DNA of 64,000 nt from Roseibacillus sp. (GCA_051251855.1 JBPOGI010000003.1:256001-320000); one strand, 5' to 3'; shown: positions 19,266 to 30,058, counted from the first letter of the stretch. A program made the numbers and translations. Notes: generated by a model not told the origin, from the letters alone.

Positions 19266-21248
19266 TTATCGGGCTGAGGTGGCGAAGCGACGCTTCAAGA
19301 AAACAGCGAGTCCAATCAGAATGACGATGGAAGGAACGATGAGGAGGTTGGCTAAGGTGTAGCGGGTAGCGAGGGCGTCTTTATCGCGGCGGAGGTCTTT
19401 CTCCAATTCGCGTAGTCTTTTACGTGCTTCCACTTGTTTGGTAACCGCTTTTTCGTATTCGGTTTTAAGTTCGCCTTCGAGGGCTACTTGACCATTACCT
19501 TGCTGTTCTTGGATGAGCTCTGTGAGGCGTTCGCTCACTTTATCGAGTTCGGTTTGCTCCTTCTCGCGCTTTTCGCCGAACTTTTGCTCGAAATCGGACT
19601 CCATTTCTTGGACGACGGTGAAAGGGCGACGGCTGTCTCCACGAGAGCGAGAGCCGATGAGGTGTTTGGAGCCGGTAACCTGATCAAGGATATTGAAGAG
19701 GAAGGCTGCGTTATCACCTTGGGGAGCAAACATGCCGCCAAAGACTTGTTGGTAGGCAAAGCCGTCGGCGAGAAAGTCGCTGTCTGCGATGAGGAAGACG
19801 TTGCCGGGCTTCGTTGATTCGGCGAGACCGGTGTCCTTTTCTTCTTTGGTTTCATTCTCGGCAGCTTCTGCTTCGGCCGCGACACTGCCTTCTTCGGTGC
19901 CATCTTCGCTTTTGTCGGCTGGGTTGCCGTCGGGGAAGGCGGACTTGAAATTACCTTGGACATGAAGTGCGAGGTCGTAGGCCTTGTCGTCCATTTTAAT
20001 GGTTCCAAGGAGCCGGGGGTCGAGTTGGGCTGCTCGGTTGCCGTCGACGAAGCCTGATTGAGTTGAGGAACGTAGCAGGCTGGTGTGGGAGAGTCCGTCT
20101 TGGCCTGTTGCGGTGAAGGCTCCAGCAAGGACGAACAAGAGGTTGCCGAGGTCGCCAGTGATAATGCTGTCCTCTACGGGCATGGCATCTTTGGTGAGCG
20201 AAAGGGCGGAGGTGGAGTCTCCACTCTGGAAACGGGTGCGGTAGTTGCCGTCAGCGAGGACTTGGCTGGACTCGAAGGTGACGCCCCAGGAGTCGAGGAG
20301 CTCTTTCGAGAAGGTCGAAGTGGTTGGCATGCCGGGTTGTCCCATCATGGGGTTGCCTCCGCCGACTTGTTGAGCGGTGATGGAGAAGGCGTCGAGAGCC
20401 GCAACAACGGTTCCTCCTCCGAGGAGGTATTGGTCGAGGAGGTACTCGGTCGCGGGGGTGATGCCCGCAGGATGAACGACAAGAACAGCGGCGAGACCGT
20501 CGAGGTCGGCGGCGGTGGGCTCCATGCTGATGTCCTTGAGATCATACATTTGCTGAAGCTGTTGGTGAATGACGAAGGGTCGGCTGGGGGGCTGGCCCAT
20601 CCCTTGCATAGCGGCGGGGGCGGTGCCAGCGATGGGGTAGGCGGACATGAGGCCCAGGGTGGGTTTGTCGGTGCGGGCAACGCGCGCGATGGCGGAAGAG
20701 AGTTGATATTCGAGCTGGGTCTCGGCTTGAGGAGCGAGGTAGGGGATAGACGCTTTTTCGTCGAGGAAGGAGACGCTGATGCCCAAGTAGATGTTTTCCC
20801 CGTTGATAGATTGTCCGGCGATGCCGTCGAGGTTGGCGGAATCTTCGGCGTCGGTGTCCGGCTTGGGGTCTAAGTTGACAAGGCGCAGGTTTTCTCCAGC
20901 AAGGGCCTGATAGCGCTTGAGGAAGCCGTCGACCTTCTTCATGTAGAGCTCGAGGTTGCGAGGCATGAACTCGGCATCTCGAGTGGCGTAGTAGCTGATG
21001 ATGACCTCGGCTTCGCTGTCTTTGAGCTCGGCGAGGATGGACTTAGTGCCCTCGGTGAGGGTGTGAACTTTGTCCTCGGTGAGGTCGAGGGTACGGTTGC
21101 CAGCGGCGGAAAGAGAGACCAGCCAGTTGGCAAAAAAGGCGATGAGGACCAAGGCGATAATACCGAGAGTGGTATTGAGCACTGGGTTGTTGGCTTTGGC
21201 CTTTACTGGGGCTTGGGCCTGAGTGTTTGCTTCTTCTTTGTTGCTCAT
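19266..21248 (-). CDS. GldG-like ABC transporter auxiliary component
   Basis: DLTEDKVHTLTEGT, LDQYLLGGG, LIADSDFL, C-terminal TM. Start placed at MSNKEE. Confidence 0.88.
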   Translation of the reverse strand: MSNKEEANTQAQAPVKAKANNPVLNTTLGIIALVLIAFFANWLVSLSAAGNRTLDLTEDKVHTLTEGTKSILAELKDSEAEVIISYYATRDAEFMPRNLELYMKKVDGFLKRYQALAGENLRLVNLDPKPDTDAEDSANLDGIAGQSINGENIYLGISVSFLDEKASIPYLAPQAETQLEYQLSSAIARVARTDKPTLGLMSAYPIAGTAPAAMQGMGQPPSRPFVIHQQLQQMYDLKDISMEPTAADLDGLAAVLVVHPAGITPATEYLLDQYLLGGGTVVAALDAFSITAQQVGGGNPMMGQPGMPTTSTFSKELLDSWGVTFESSQVLADGNYRTRFQSGDSTSALSLTKDAMPVEDSIITGDLGNLLFVLAGAFTATGQDGLSHTSLLRSSTQSGFVDGNRAAQLDPRLLGTIKMDDKAYDLALHVQGNFKSAFPDGNPADKSEDGTEEGSVAAEAEAAENETKEEKDTGLAESTKPGNVFLIADSDFLADGFAYQQVFGGMFAPQGDNAAFLFNILDQVTGSKHLIGSRSRGDSRRPFTVVQEMESDFEQKFGEKREKEQTELDKVSERLTELIQEQQGNGQVALEGELKTEYEKAVTKQVEARKRLRELEKDLRRDKDALATRYTLANLLIVPSIVILIGLAVFLKRRFATSAR

Positions 21249-21291
21249 GGTATCTGAGAGTGAGAATCCGTTAGAATTGAAAAAATAGGGT

Positions 21292-22026
21292 TTAGCTGCG
21301 ACGGGCGGTGAGGATGGCAGAGGTGCCAAGAAGGGAGGCTACGATAGTGGTGGCAAACCAGACAAAGTCTTGCAGACGAAAGGCTCCGCGCATGAGGGAG
21401 TTAAAGTGGTCCCAAACACCAAAGGCGACGAAGGGCTCAACTCCGCCGTTGGGCAGGGCCTTGGTGAGTTCGATGATGACGGCGTCGAATCCGATCATCA
21501 CCATGAAGACACAGAGGGCGACGGAGACGATGAGGCAGACCACTTGATCGCGGGTGAAAGCGGAGACCAGCATCGTGATGGCGAGGAAGGTGCAGCAGAC
21601 GAGAAAGGAACCAAGGTAGCCAGAAAAAATGGTGAGGTTGTCTGGGTCGCCAAGCATGTTGACCGAAATCCAGAGGGGGAAGGTCAAGGCAATGGCGATG
21701 AGGCAGACGGTGGCGGCAGCGAGGTACTTGCCGACGATGGCAGCCCACGTCGAGGTTGGGAGAGTGCCTAACAGTTCGATAGTGCCGGTGCGTTGTTCGT
21801 CGGACCAGAGGCCCATTCCGATAGCGGGGGCGAGGAGCATGAAGAGCCAGGGGTTCCAGTAGAAGTGGGAGTAGGCCAAGTTGGCATCACCGACACGGAA
21901 GAAGCTACCGAAGGTGAAAGTCATCCCCATGGAGAGGAGAAGATAAATCACGATGATGGCGTAGGCCGTGGGCTGGGTGAAGAATGCGGTGAGTTCGCGC
22001 TGATAGATGGTGAGAGCAGATTTCAT
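21292..22026 (-). CDS. GldF-like ABC-2 permease
   Basis: RELTAFFTQPTAY, EQRTGTIELL, GKYLAA; six TM helices. Confidence 0.9.
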   Translation of the reverse strand: MKSALTIYQRELTAFFTQPTAYAIIVIYLLLSMGMTFTFGSFFRVGDANLAYSHFYWNPWLFMLLAPAIGMGLWSDEQRTGTIELLGTLPTSTWAAIVGKYLAAATVCLIAIALTFPLWISVNMLGDPDNLTIFSGYLGSFLVCCTFLAITMLVSAFTRDQVVCLIVSVALCVFMVMIGFDAVIIELTKALPNGGVEPFVAFGVWDHFNSLMRGAFRLQDFVWFATTIVASLLGTSAILTARRS

Positions 22027-22060
22027 GGATGATGAAAAGTGAGAGTTGGGTGAGACAAAG

Positions 22061-22792
22061 TTAGGCGGCCGCGACTTTGTCGTCGGTGGTGGTGACCTTG
22101 TGGAAGAGTTGATAGAGATCGCCGTTGCCTTGCGACTTCAGTTCGGCAGGAGTACCGTCGGCGACAATTTTTCCTTGGTCGACGATGACGGCGCGGGTGC
22201 AGGCGGCTTCAACTTCTTCGAGAATATGAGTAGAGAAGAGGACTGCCTTTTCCTCGCCGAGCTTTTTGATGAGCTTGCGGACCTCGTGCTTTTGGTTGGG
22301 GTCGAGACCATCGGTGGGCTCGTCGAGGATGAGGACTTCGGGGTCGTGAATGAGGGCCTGCGCGAGACAGGTGCGATGGCGGTAACCTTTGGAAAGGGTG
22401 TCGATGGCTTGCCTGGCGACGCCTTGGAGGAAGCAGGTTTCGATGACTTTCTCAACGGCGTCCTTTTGGGCGCTGCCGGAGAGGCCGCGCATTTTGGCAA
22501 TCCACTTCAGGAAGCTGGTGACCGTCATGTCGTTGTAGAGAGGTGCAGATTCGGGGAGGTAGCCGATCTTGCGCTTGGCGTCTTCGGGGTTGCTAATCAT
22601 GGAGACTCCGCAAATTTCGATGCTGCCAGCGGAGGCGGGGAAAAAGCCGGTGACCATGCGCATTGTGGTGGATTTTCCGGCACCGTTCGGTCCGAGGAAT
22701 CCAAGGACTTCTCCCTTGTTAACGGTAAAGGATAAATCATCGACCGCGACTTTGGGGCCGAAGCGTTTGGTAAGATTTTTGACGTCAATCAT
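22061..22792 (-). CDS. GldA-like ABC transporter ATP-binding protein
   Basis: GPNGAGKST, LSKGYRHR, LILDEPTDGLDP, H-loop STH. Confidence 0.93.
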   Translation of the reverse strand: MIDVKNLTKRFGPKVAVDDLSFTVNKGEVLGFLGPNGAGKSTTMRMVTGFFPASAGSIEICGVSMISNPEDAKRKIGYLPESAPLYNDMTVTSFLKWIAKMRGLSGSAQKDAVEKVIETCFLQGVARQAIDTLSKGYRHRTCLAQALIHDPEVLILDEPTDGLDPNQKHEVRKLIKKLGEEKAVLFSTHILEEVEAACTRAVIVDQGKIVADGTPAELKSQGNGDLYQLFHKVTTTDDKVAAA

Positions 22793-22975
22793 AGGTTAAC
22801 AGTTTGCCATTCAATGGGTGGAATGAAACCACATTGAAACGCGGCAAGTTTATGGATTTTTGCTGATTTTCAAGCGAAAAATTAGAAATTATTTTCACGA
22901 CTTTGAAGTCGGGTTTGTCTGGGGAATTGAGCGAAAGCTATTGCGGCCAGGGAACTCCTCTTCCATCTTAGCGCG

Positions 22976-24022
22976 GTGATTGAAACCCTCCGACTCGCTG
23001 ACTTCCGCTGCATTGCAGGGCTGTCATTAGAGATACCGGAGCAGGGGCTGGTTTTTGTCGGTAAAAATGCACAGGGAAAAACGAGTTTATTAGAGGCGCT
23101 TTGTGTCTTGGTGCGGTTGCATTCTCCGCGCACGCGGCGGCCCAATCAGATGGTTAAGTTTGAGGCCCCGCAGTTCGGGGTGGCTGGCAAGGCATGGGGA
23201 CGAGAGCTGCGAGTGGACTATTGCAAGGGGAGTTACACCTTGAAAGTGGATGGAGAAGAGCGGGGATCGCAAGGAGAATACTTGGCGGATGGAGGCCTGG
23301 TGGTTTGGATGGGGAATGAGGATCGCGAATTGGTAAAGGGGCCGGCAGAAGGGCGGCGGCGCTACCTTGACTTTATGGGCTCGCAAATCGTGCCGGGTTA
23401 TCGACGGGCGCTTTCTCGTTACCGCAAGGCTTTGCAAGAGCGGAATGCCTTGCTGCGAGATGGGCGGGGGAGTGGGCGTGAGATGGATTCTTTTACTCAG
23501 CTGTTGGTGGAGCATGGTCTAGAGGTGACTCGAGGCCGAGCAGCGATGGTCGCGAGCTTAGAGGGACCTGTGACTTGGGCTCAAGGAGCGGTGGGAGGAA
23601 GTGAGGAAGCGGTTGGTCTTACTTACAAGGCGGCGTCGGGCGATGACTTCGTGGCTTCTCTCGCGATGGTGAAGGAGAAAGAGCAGCGGCAGGGCATGAC
23701 ATTGGTGGGGCCGCATCGTGATGATATTCAACTGACTCTAGGTGGATTGAAGGCGGCGGACTTTGGGAGCGAGGGGCAGCAAAGGACCCTTGCTCTGGCC
23801 CTGAAGCTGGGCCAAGGGGAGCTTTTGCGAGAGCAGGGAGGGAAAACCCCTGTCTATCTGTTGGATGATATCTTTGGAGAGCTGGATAAAAGCCGCCGTG
23901 AACGATTCCTAGCGAGTTTACCCAAGGGGGCTCAGGTGATCGTGACGACGACCAATGCGGACTGGCTGGGAGAGGGGATGGCGCTTGAGGTACGGGAAGT
24001 AAGCGGGGGAACGATTTGCTAG
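22976..24022 (+). CDS. recF: DNA replication/repair protein RecF
   Basis: GKNAQGKTSLLEA, GPHRDD, GSEGQQRT, LLDDIFGELD. Confidence 0.95.
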   Translation: MIETLRLADFRCIAGLSLEIPEQGLVFVGKNAQGKTSLLEALCVLVRLHSPRTRRPNQMVKFEAPQFGVAGKAWGRELRVDYCKGSYTLKVDGEERGSQGEYLADGGLVVWMGNEDRELVKGPAEGRRRYLDFMGSQIVPGYRRALSRYRKALQERNALLRDGRGSGREMDSFTQLLVEHGLEVTRGRAAMVASLEGPVTWAQGAVGGSEEAVGLTYKAASGDDFVASLAMVKEKEQRQGMTLVGPHRDDIQLTLGGLKAADFGSEGQQRTLALALKLGQGELLREQGGKTPVYLLDDIFGELDKSRRERFLASLPKGAQVIVTTTNADWLGEGMALEVREVSGGTIC

Positions 24023-24243
24023 AGCTTTTCTCGCTGTCGTGGGGGCTCATTTGGTTTTGCGCCTTTTTAAGGCTTTTGGCGAACCAGCTCGGGATAAGTT
24101 GAATTGAACTCTTCTTCCTGAATTTCTCTATTCATATATCACTCAGACGTAGACGGTTGCGGGGTAAGGTTTAAAATAAACTTTCATTAATATTATTCCT
24201 AACCTAGGTTTCGGCTGGCGGCAACCTACTGCCACTCAAAATT

Positions 24244-24942
24244 ATGAAGAATACACTCATCCCAGCGCTCCTGTTTTGTAGCGTCATCCCCACTTTGTCG
24301 CAGTCACTTGATAGCGTTCCAACCGACGCAACAGGATTCACCTTATCTGGTCCTCCTTCTTGGTCTTGGACAGATGCCATCTTGGGAACGGTTACCGCGA
24401 CCTACCTCACGGACAACGATACTACCCGAAATGCCTACAGAGAACTCTCTTCGACGCCTTTCGCGAGAGAGGGCTTCTTTGCTTACCGCAACAACCCGAA
24501 CGGTGTCACCGACATTACTGGAACTGAGCAATTGGTGTTCTCTTGGGACAATCCTGTAAATTCTTTGGAAGTGGCCATTGGCGACTTCGACGAAAACAAC
24601 GCCGGTACCGCCGCTCTTGAGTTTACTGGCGATGTGACTGGAGTCGCCCTTGGCGATATTGGCGAGCAACCCGCTGATCAGGGTTACACCTACAGTACAA
24701 CGGCATCAACTCTTACTTTGGATACTCGCGGACCGCTGAGCCTCGGTCTTGATAACGGCAAGATCTACAACTCAATCGACGTGGTTCTTACCGGAACGGG
24801 AATGACCACTTTCACTGTTGATGGAGTCAGCACGAATATCAACGCGCTTGAAATCGGTGGAATCACCGCCGTTCCTGAGCCTTCGACTACACTTCTCGGT
24901 GCATTGGCTGGACTGGGGCTTCTCGCTCGTCGCCGTCGCTAG
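24244..24942 (+). CDS. PEP-CTERM protein (paralog 1)
   Basis: Signal peptide; ends VPEPSTTLLGALAGLGLLARRRR. Confidence 0.9.
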   Translation: MKNTLIPALLFCSVIPTLSQSLDSVPTDATGFTLSGPPSWSWTDAILGTVTATYLTDNDTTRNAYRELSSTPFAREGFFAYRNNPNGVTDITGTEQLVFSWDNPVNSLEVAIGDFDENNAGTAALEFTGDVTGVALGDIGEQPADQGYTYSTTASTLTLDTRGPLSLGLDNGKIYNSIDVVLTGTGMTTFTVDGVSTNINALEIGGITAVPEPSTTLLGALAGLGLLARRRR

Positions 24943-24969
24943 TTAAGTTCACTTAGAAAATTTTTTCTA

Positions 24970-25013
24970 GACTCCTTCGGAACAGCGGTGAGCTGTTTGG
25001 AGGAGGCTTTTTC
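24970..25013 (+). terminator. Probable intrinsic terminator
   Basis: CTCCTTCGGAACAGC-loop-GCTGTTTGGAGGAG followed by a T tract. Confidence 0.65.
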
Positions 25014-25192
25014 TTGCCCTATTAATCCAAGTTTTCGGATGAGTTTCTGGGTGCGTCCCAATAACAAGACCTCGGATATCGAACTTTAAATTAAGGTGTT
25101 TAGATGTTCAGATCGACTTGAATTTCAATTTGTGATAAACGTATTGGTGACTTAGGGTGCTCTCTTAGGAGAGATCCCAATTGCGCCCCCGT

Positions 25193-25912
25193 ATGAAAAG
25201 GACTGACTATACAATCTGCTTGGCTGCATTTGCTGCCGCATCAAGCCTCCATTCTCAAACCCTCGACAATGTTCCAACCGACGCTGCCGACTTCACTTTG
25301 ACCGGACCACCTGCATGGTCTTGGTCCGACCCTGATCTGGGAATAGTGACCGCGACCTATATTACTGATAATGATACAGGTCACAATGCTTGGCGAGTCC
25401 CGAGCGGCAACCCTGAGCCCGGGCTCATGCGGGAAGGGTACTTTGCCTACCGAAATAACCCCAATGGGGCGACTGACATCACAGGAACTGAGCAGTTGGT
25501 GTTCTCTTGGACCACCCCTGTGAATACTCTAGAATTCTCTCTCGGTGATTTTGATGAAAACAACAATGGTCCTGCCGTTGTCTTTTCAGATAGCAATCTC
25601 TTAAGCATCGCCTTGGGCGACATCGGCCAACAACCGAGTGAACAGGGTTATGTCCATAGTATTTTGGGAACGACCCTGACATTGGATTCACGGGGACCGG
25701 ACGCCATGCCCCTCACCAATGCTCGTATCTACAACTCAATCGAGGTAATTCTTACTGGAACAGCGATGACTTCGTTCACCATGGAAGGTGAAAGTGCTCA
25801 TATCAATGCGCTTGAAATCGGAGGACTCACTGCCACCACTGTTCCTGAGCCTTCGACTGCTCTTCTTGGTGCTTTGGCTGGTCTCGGGCTACTTGCTCGT
25901 CGCCGTCGATAG
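25193..25912 (+). CDS. PEP-CTERM protein (paralog 2)
   Basis: Colinear with 24244-24942 (AYRNNPNG.TDITGTEQLVFSW, GDFDENN, INALEIGG); VPEPST tail. Confidence 0.9.
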   Translation: MKRTDYTICLAAFAAASSLHSQTLDNVPTDAADFTLTGPPAWSWSDPDLGIVTATYITDNDTGHNAWRVPSGNPEPGLMREGYFAYRNNPNGATDITGTEQLVFSWTTPVNTLEFSLGDFDENNNGPAVVFSDSNLLSIALGDIGQQPSEQGYVHSILGTTLTLDSRGPDAMPLTNARIYNSIEVILTGTAMTSFTMEGESAHINALEIGGLTATTVPEPSTALLGALAGLGLLARRRR

Positions 25913-25942
25913 ATTGCTGACTTCTTATAGAAATAATTTTAT

Positions 25943-25973
25943 CCGGTCCCTAGAGAGGGGCTGGATTTTTTTT
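25943..25973 (+). terminator. Probable intrinsic terminator
   Basis: CCGGTCCC-loop-GGGGCTGG followed by a T run. Confidence 0.55.
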
Positions 25974-26246
25974 AGTTTTGCAGCTCAACTTTGGGCCTTG
26001 GATTCCGATAAGGAGGATTAAATAATCAATATTTTTAAAATAATAACTTTATTTTAAAATTTTGGGATGTTAAAATTCAGGGGTGCGCAGAGTAAGACCC
26101 TCAGGGAACGTTCCGTCCTTCAGCATCGACTGCTCACAAGCGCCCTTGCCTGTTTGATTTCTATTGTTCGTAAGCTTCGACCTAAACGAGGACCGGATAC
26201 TATTTCACCGCAGGTGGGGGGAAACCAGTTACCACCCCCGCTCAAA

Positions 26247-28559
26247 ATGAAGACCATTATCACCTCTGTGTTCGGAGTGACCTTGTCGGCCGTCTCGCTT
26301 TCTGGCCTTGATCAAAATTTGAATGGAATTCACGACCTTCAAGAGTTCCGTTATCAAAATCTTTCTATTTCTCTATCGGATGAAGATCCCGATCATGACG
26401 GGAGGTCGAATTTAGAGGAGGCAATGGCCTTCACGGATCCGTTTGACCGTGAGTCTCTTCTTGAGATCACCGGGATAGGGATGTCAGAAAGCTCTGTTCA
26501 GTTAACTTGGAATGCAGAGCCATCGGTCATCTATCAAGTCGAGTACTCGATGGACTTGGAGAACTATCATGAAGTTGGAACGAGGGTGGTCGGAGGAGGG
26601 GAGTCTGAAACACATGATATTGCGATGGCGGACGTGCCAGCATCAGACCAAGTCTTCTTCAGAATCGCGGTCACAGGTGCCAATCTCCAAGATGATGATA
26701 AGGACGGTCTTCCCAATGAACTGGAAGATTACCTCGGGTTTGATGCCACCGATAGCGCGGGATCGCTTTCTGCACTATCTGGGGGTGATGCGGCCATGTT
26801 CGAGGCTCTCATGACCGGAGCCAATTCGAATGGAGGGTTTGCATTCACCGATGATGCCGGAACGATATCAGATGTTCAAGCTGCCCGCTTCCTTTCCCAA
26901 TCTTCTATGGGGCCTACCGAGGAAAGTATTGAGGAAGTAAGGACTCTTGGCTTCGAGGGATGGATCGACCAGCAGATGATGACAGAGCCGAGTCGGTTGC
27001 AGCCCTACATCGACTACCTGAACTCTCGCTATGCAGCCGACAAACTCGACATTGCCAACGGGGATAAACTGGCACGCGACTTTGCCTACTTCACCAATGG
27101 AACGGCCCCAGAAGTGCAATGGGCAAACGTTGAGACGGCTTGGATGCGGGGAGCTTGTTTTGGTGAAGATCAATTGAGGCAGCGGGTTGCTTGGGCCTAT
27201 AGCCAGCTCTTTGTCGTTTCCTTTAACAATACTGTCTTCGGTTCATACACCGGCGGGATGAGTCACTATTACGATATGTTACTCGAAAACGCTTTCGTTG
27301 ATTACAGGACGATTTTGAAAGACGTCTCAATGCATCCCATTATGGGGCGGTATCTCAGCCACTTGGGGAATCGAAAGGGAGATCTCACAGTGCCACGCCT
27401 GCCAGATGAGAACTATGCCCGCGAGATCATGCAGTTGTTTACCATCGGGCTTGAGATGCTCAATGATGATGGGTCCTTGGTTCTCGATAGTGATGGGAAT
27501 CCCGTTCCGACTTACACCAATGATGACATCACTGAGTTATCAAAAGTTTTCACAGGTCTGTGGTTACAAGGGTTAAATTTTGGTGTCTCTGCGAATAATC
27601 GTGATCAATATGATCGTCCGATGACTTGGCATGGTTCCGAGCATGAATATGGCTCTAAGAGTTTTCTTGGAACGTATATCCCTTCCTTTCAGGAGGACTA
27701 CACCATCAATCCCATCAAGGGCCTTGATATCGCCATTGATACTCTCGTGGAGCATCAGAACTGTGGACCGTTTGTGGTGCGCCGGATGATCCAGTCGCTG
27801 GTGACCTCCAATCCGTCCCCTGAATACATCGCAAGATGTGTGGCGGTATTCAACGAGGACGCGGATAAAGATGGCAAGAAAGACGCCAATATGGGGAAGG
27901 TGATCAAAGCAATTCTCATGGATGAGGAGGCCCGAGGTCTCGATTGGTTGCTCAATGAAGAGTATGGCAGAATCAAGGATCCGATGTATCGCGTTGTATC
28001 GCTCGCCCGCGCAATGGATGCAGGATATCTCTATTCAAACCCTTTACCGAAACCGGAAGCAGGAAACGAGGAAGAGTTCTTTGAGGGGATCCAGTGGTGG
28101 AAGTCGCTGCCGTTCGATGAGATTGGGCAGCAGCCGCTGTTTTCACCTACGGTTTTCAACTTCTTCCAACCGGACTATGTAAGACCAGGAATCTTAGGTG
28201 ATCGCCAGTTGTTCGCTCCGGAATTACAAGTTGTCAATTCCGTCACTGCGACAACAACCATCAACTGGTTGCAAGGGTATCTCACAACACCCTTCCACAA
28301 CACAGATTGGGGCGGAGTGGAGCCCTTCGAAGTCAATATTGCTAAATTTGGAACTGATGCCGCGACCACAGATATTCTTTTGGATAGGATGGGATTGCTT
28401 CTAGCGGAAGGGTGGTTGGAACCTGCCACGAGAAAAGAAGTTGAGAGCTTGGTGAACTATTATCCCGAAAACGTTCCAGTTCCTATCATCATGGAAACCA
28501 GAACAAATCTAGGTCTTCGAACAGTGATGGTGGCTCCTGAGACCGTGGTTCAGCGATAG
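26247..28559 (+). CDS. DUF1800 family protein with N-terminal Ca-binding and beta-sandwich extension
   Basis: AARFLSQSSMG, DQLRQRVAWA, PDENYAREIMQLFTIGL, PTVFNFF; start placed at MKTII. Confidence 0.9.
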   Translation: MKTIITSVFGVTLSAVSLSGLDQNLNGIHDLQEFRYQNLSISLSDEDPDHDGRSNLEEAMAFTDPFDRESLLEITGIGMSESSVQLTWNAEPSVIYQVEYSMDLENYHEVGTRVVGGGESETHDIAMADVPASDQVFFRIAVTGANLQDDDKDGLPNELEDYLGFDATDSAGSLSALSGGDAAMFEALMTGANSNGGFAFTDDAGTISDVQAARFLSQSSMGPTEESIEEVRTLGFEGWIDQQMMTEPSRLQPYIDYLNSRYAADKLDIANGDKLARDFAYFTNGTAPEVQWANVETAWMRGACFGEDQLRQRVAWAYSQLFVVSFNNTVFGSYTGGMSHYYDMLLENAFVDYRTILKDVSMHPIMGRYLSHLGNRKGDLTVPRLPDENYAREIMQLFTIGLEMLNDDGSLVLDSDGNPVPTYTNDDITELSKVFTGLWLQGLNFGVSANNRDQYDRPMTWHGSEHEYGSKSFLGTYIPSFQEDYTINPIKGLDIAIDTLVEHQNCGPFVVRRMIQSLVTSNPSPEYIARCVAVFNEDADKDGKKDANMGKVIKAILMDEEARGLDWLLNEEYGRIKDPMYRVVSLARAMDAGYLYSNPLPKPEAGNEEEFFEGIQWWKSLPFDEIGQQPLFSPTVFNFFQPDYVRPGILGDRQLFAPELQVVNSVTATTTINWLQGYLTTPFHNTDWGGVEPFEVNIAKFGTDAATTDILLDRMGLLLAEGWLEPATRKEVESLVNYYPENVPVPIIMETRTNLGLRTVMVAPETVVQR

Positions 28560-28590
28560 CGTTACTCACCCTCAAACAGAAACTTTAGTA

Positions 28591-30057
28591 ATGAAAGAGA
28601 AACAAGATATCCCCTCAAACGGTCTCAATCGCCGGTCTTTCCTCAAGCAGGCGAACTGTGCCGCGGTCGGCTCAACGGCATTATTTAATACCCTGTTGAA
28701 CCTCAAGCTTGCTGGTAATGCTGCGGCGGCTAACACGGGAGGTGGTTCCGACTACAAGGCCTTGGTTTGCCTATTCTTGAACGGAGGGAATGACTCTTTC
28801 AATACCATCGTTCCAACCACAGGGAGTGCGACGGATTATAGCTCTGAGTATGCGCGTTATGTGGGAGTTCGAGGAGGACTTCACACAGAGGTGACCGGTG
28901 GTCTCGCTCTTCCTAAATCAGGATCAGGAGCAGTGTTGCCGTTGAATGTTTCGAACACCCCAGGGCGGACATTTGGTATCCATCCCGCAATGGAGGAACT
29001 TCGCGACCTCTTCGATGACGGAAATCTCGCCATTGTGGCCAACGTTGGAACTCTTGTTGAGCCGACCACAGTTACCGATTATGATAAAGGGTCCGTGCGC
29101 TTGCCTCGGCAGCTATTCTCACATCGAGATCAAAGGTTACATTGGCAGACTTCGGTTCCTCAAGGAGGAGCAGTTGACGGATGGGGTGGCCGCACAGCGG
29201 ATATACTAAATTCGAATTACAACACGGGCTCGATTTCGATGAACATCTCTTTGGATGGTGAAAACCTCTTTCAAACGGGAAAGACCACCACCTACTATTC
29301 GGTTTCTCGCACCAAAGGAGCAGTGCTACTGAATGATAGCGGATCAAGCAATGGGCTCGGTTCTTTGCGTCACGGCGCGGTTAACAATCTCATGGATCAG
29401 GAGTATCGCAACCTGATGGAGCAGGTCTTCGCTGATGAAAGCAAAGCTTCCTTTGAAGACGCGGAAGCTTTTAACGATGCGGTGGGAAGTACTGAGCTCA
29501 ATACCAATTTTCCTAATACCGTATTGGGGCAAGATTTAGAGATGGTCGCCAAAACAATCGCCTCGCGAGAAGATCTCGGAAAGAAGCGGCAGACCTTCTT
29601 CGTGAATAGTGCGGGCTGGGACATGCACCAAGATCTGATTGAGAATCATGACGCCAAGCTCTCTGATGTCGCTGCATCCGTGAAGGCCTTTTGGGATACT
29701 CTTTGTGAGTTGGGGCTGGAGGACAAAGTCATTCTCTTCACCGCTTCTGATTTCAGCCGAACTCTGCGCTCAAATGGCCGTGGCACAGACCACGCCTGGG
29801 GGGCCAACCATTGGGTGCTCGGTGGACCTGTCAATGGTTCTAAGATTTACGGAGATTTTCCTGAACTTGGTTTGGGAAGCGGACTCGATGTTGGAAACAA
29901 TGGCCGCATGTTGCCCACCATTTCTTGTGACGAATATTTTGCGGAAATGTTGCAATGGTTTGGTGTCGGAAATGCGGATTTGCCAGATGTGCTGCCGAAT
30001 ATTGGTAACTTTTATATCCCAGGCGCAACCCCTCCGGTTGGGTTCATTAGCTCATAA
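28591..30057 (+). CDS. DUF1501 family protein, Tat-exported
   Basis: NRRSFLK Tat motif, YKALVCLFLNGGNDS, LFSH, GWDMH, SDFSRT, GTDHAWG. Confidence 0.92.
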   Translation: MKEKQDIPSNGLNRRSFLKQANCAAVGSTALFNTLLNLKLAGNAAAANTGGGSDYKALVCLFLNGGNDSFNTIVPTTGSATDYSSEYARYVGVRGGLHTEVTGGLALPKSGSGAVLPLNVSNTPGRTFGIHPAMEELRDLFDDGNLAIVANVGTLVEPTTVTDYDKGSVRLPRQLFSHRDQRLHWQTSVPQGGAVDGWGGRTADILNSNYNTGSISMNISLDGENLFQTGKTTTYYSVSRTKGAVLLNDSGSSNGLGSLRHGAVNNLMDQEYRNLMEQVFADESKASFEDAEAFNDAVGSTELNTNFPNTVLGQDLEMVAKTIASREDLGKKRQTFFVNSAGWDMHQDLIENHDAKLSDVAASVKAFWDTLCELGLEDKVILFTASDFSRTLRSNGRGTDHAWGANHWVLGGPVNGSKIYGDFPELGLGSGLDVGNNGRMLPTISCDEYFAEMLQWFGVGNADLPDVLPNIGNFYIPGATPPVGFISS

Positions 30058-30058
30058 G

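Noticed and set aside
26075..26242. Structured leader or riboswitch before DUF1800
   Set aside because: Only one G/C hairpin near the start; no recognisable aptamer consensus.
29705..30058. N-terminal extension of the PEP-CTERM ORF
   Set aside because: It overlaps DUF1501; the signal peptide starts at 30059.
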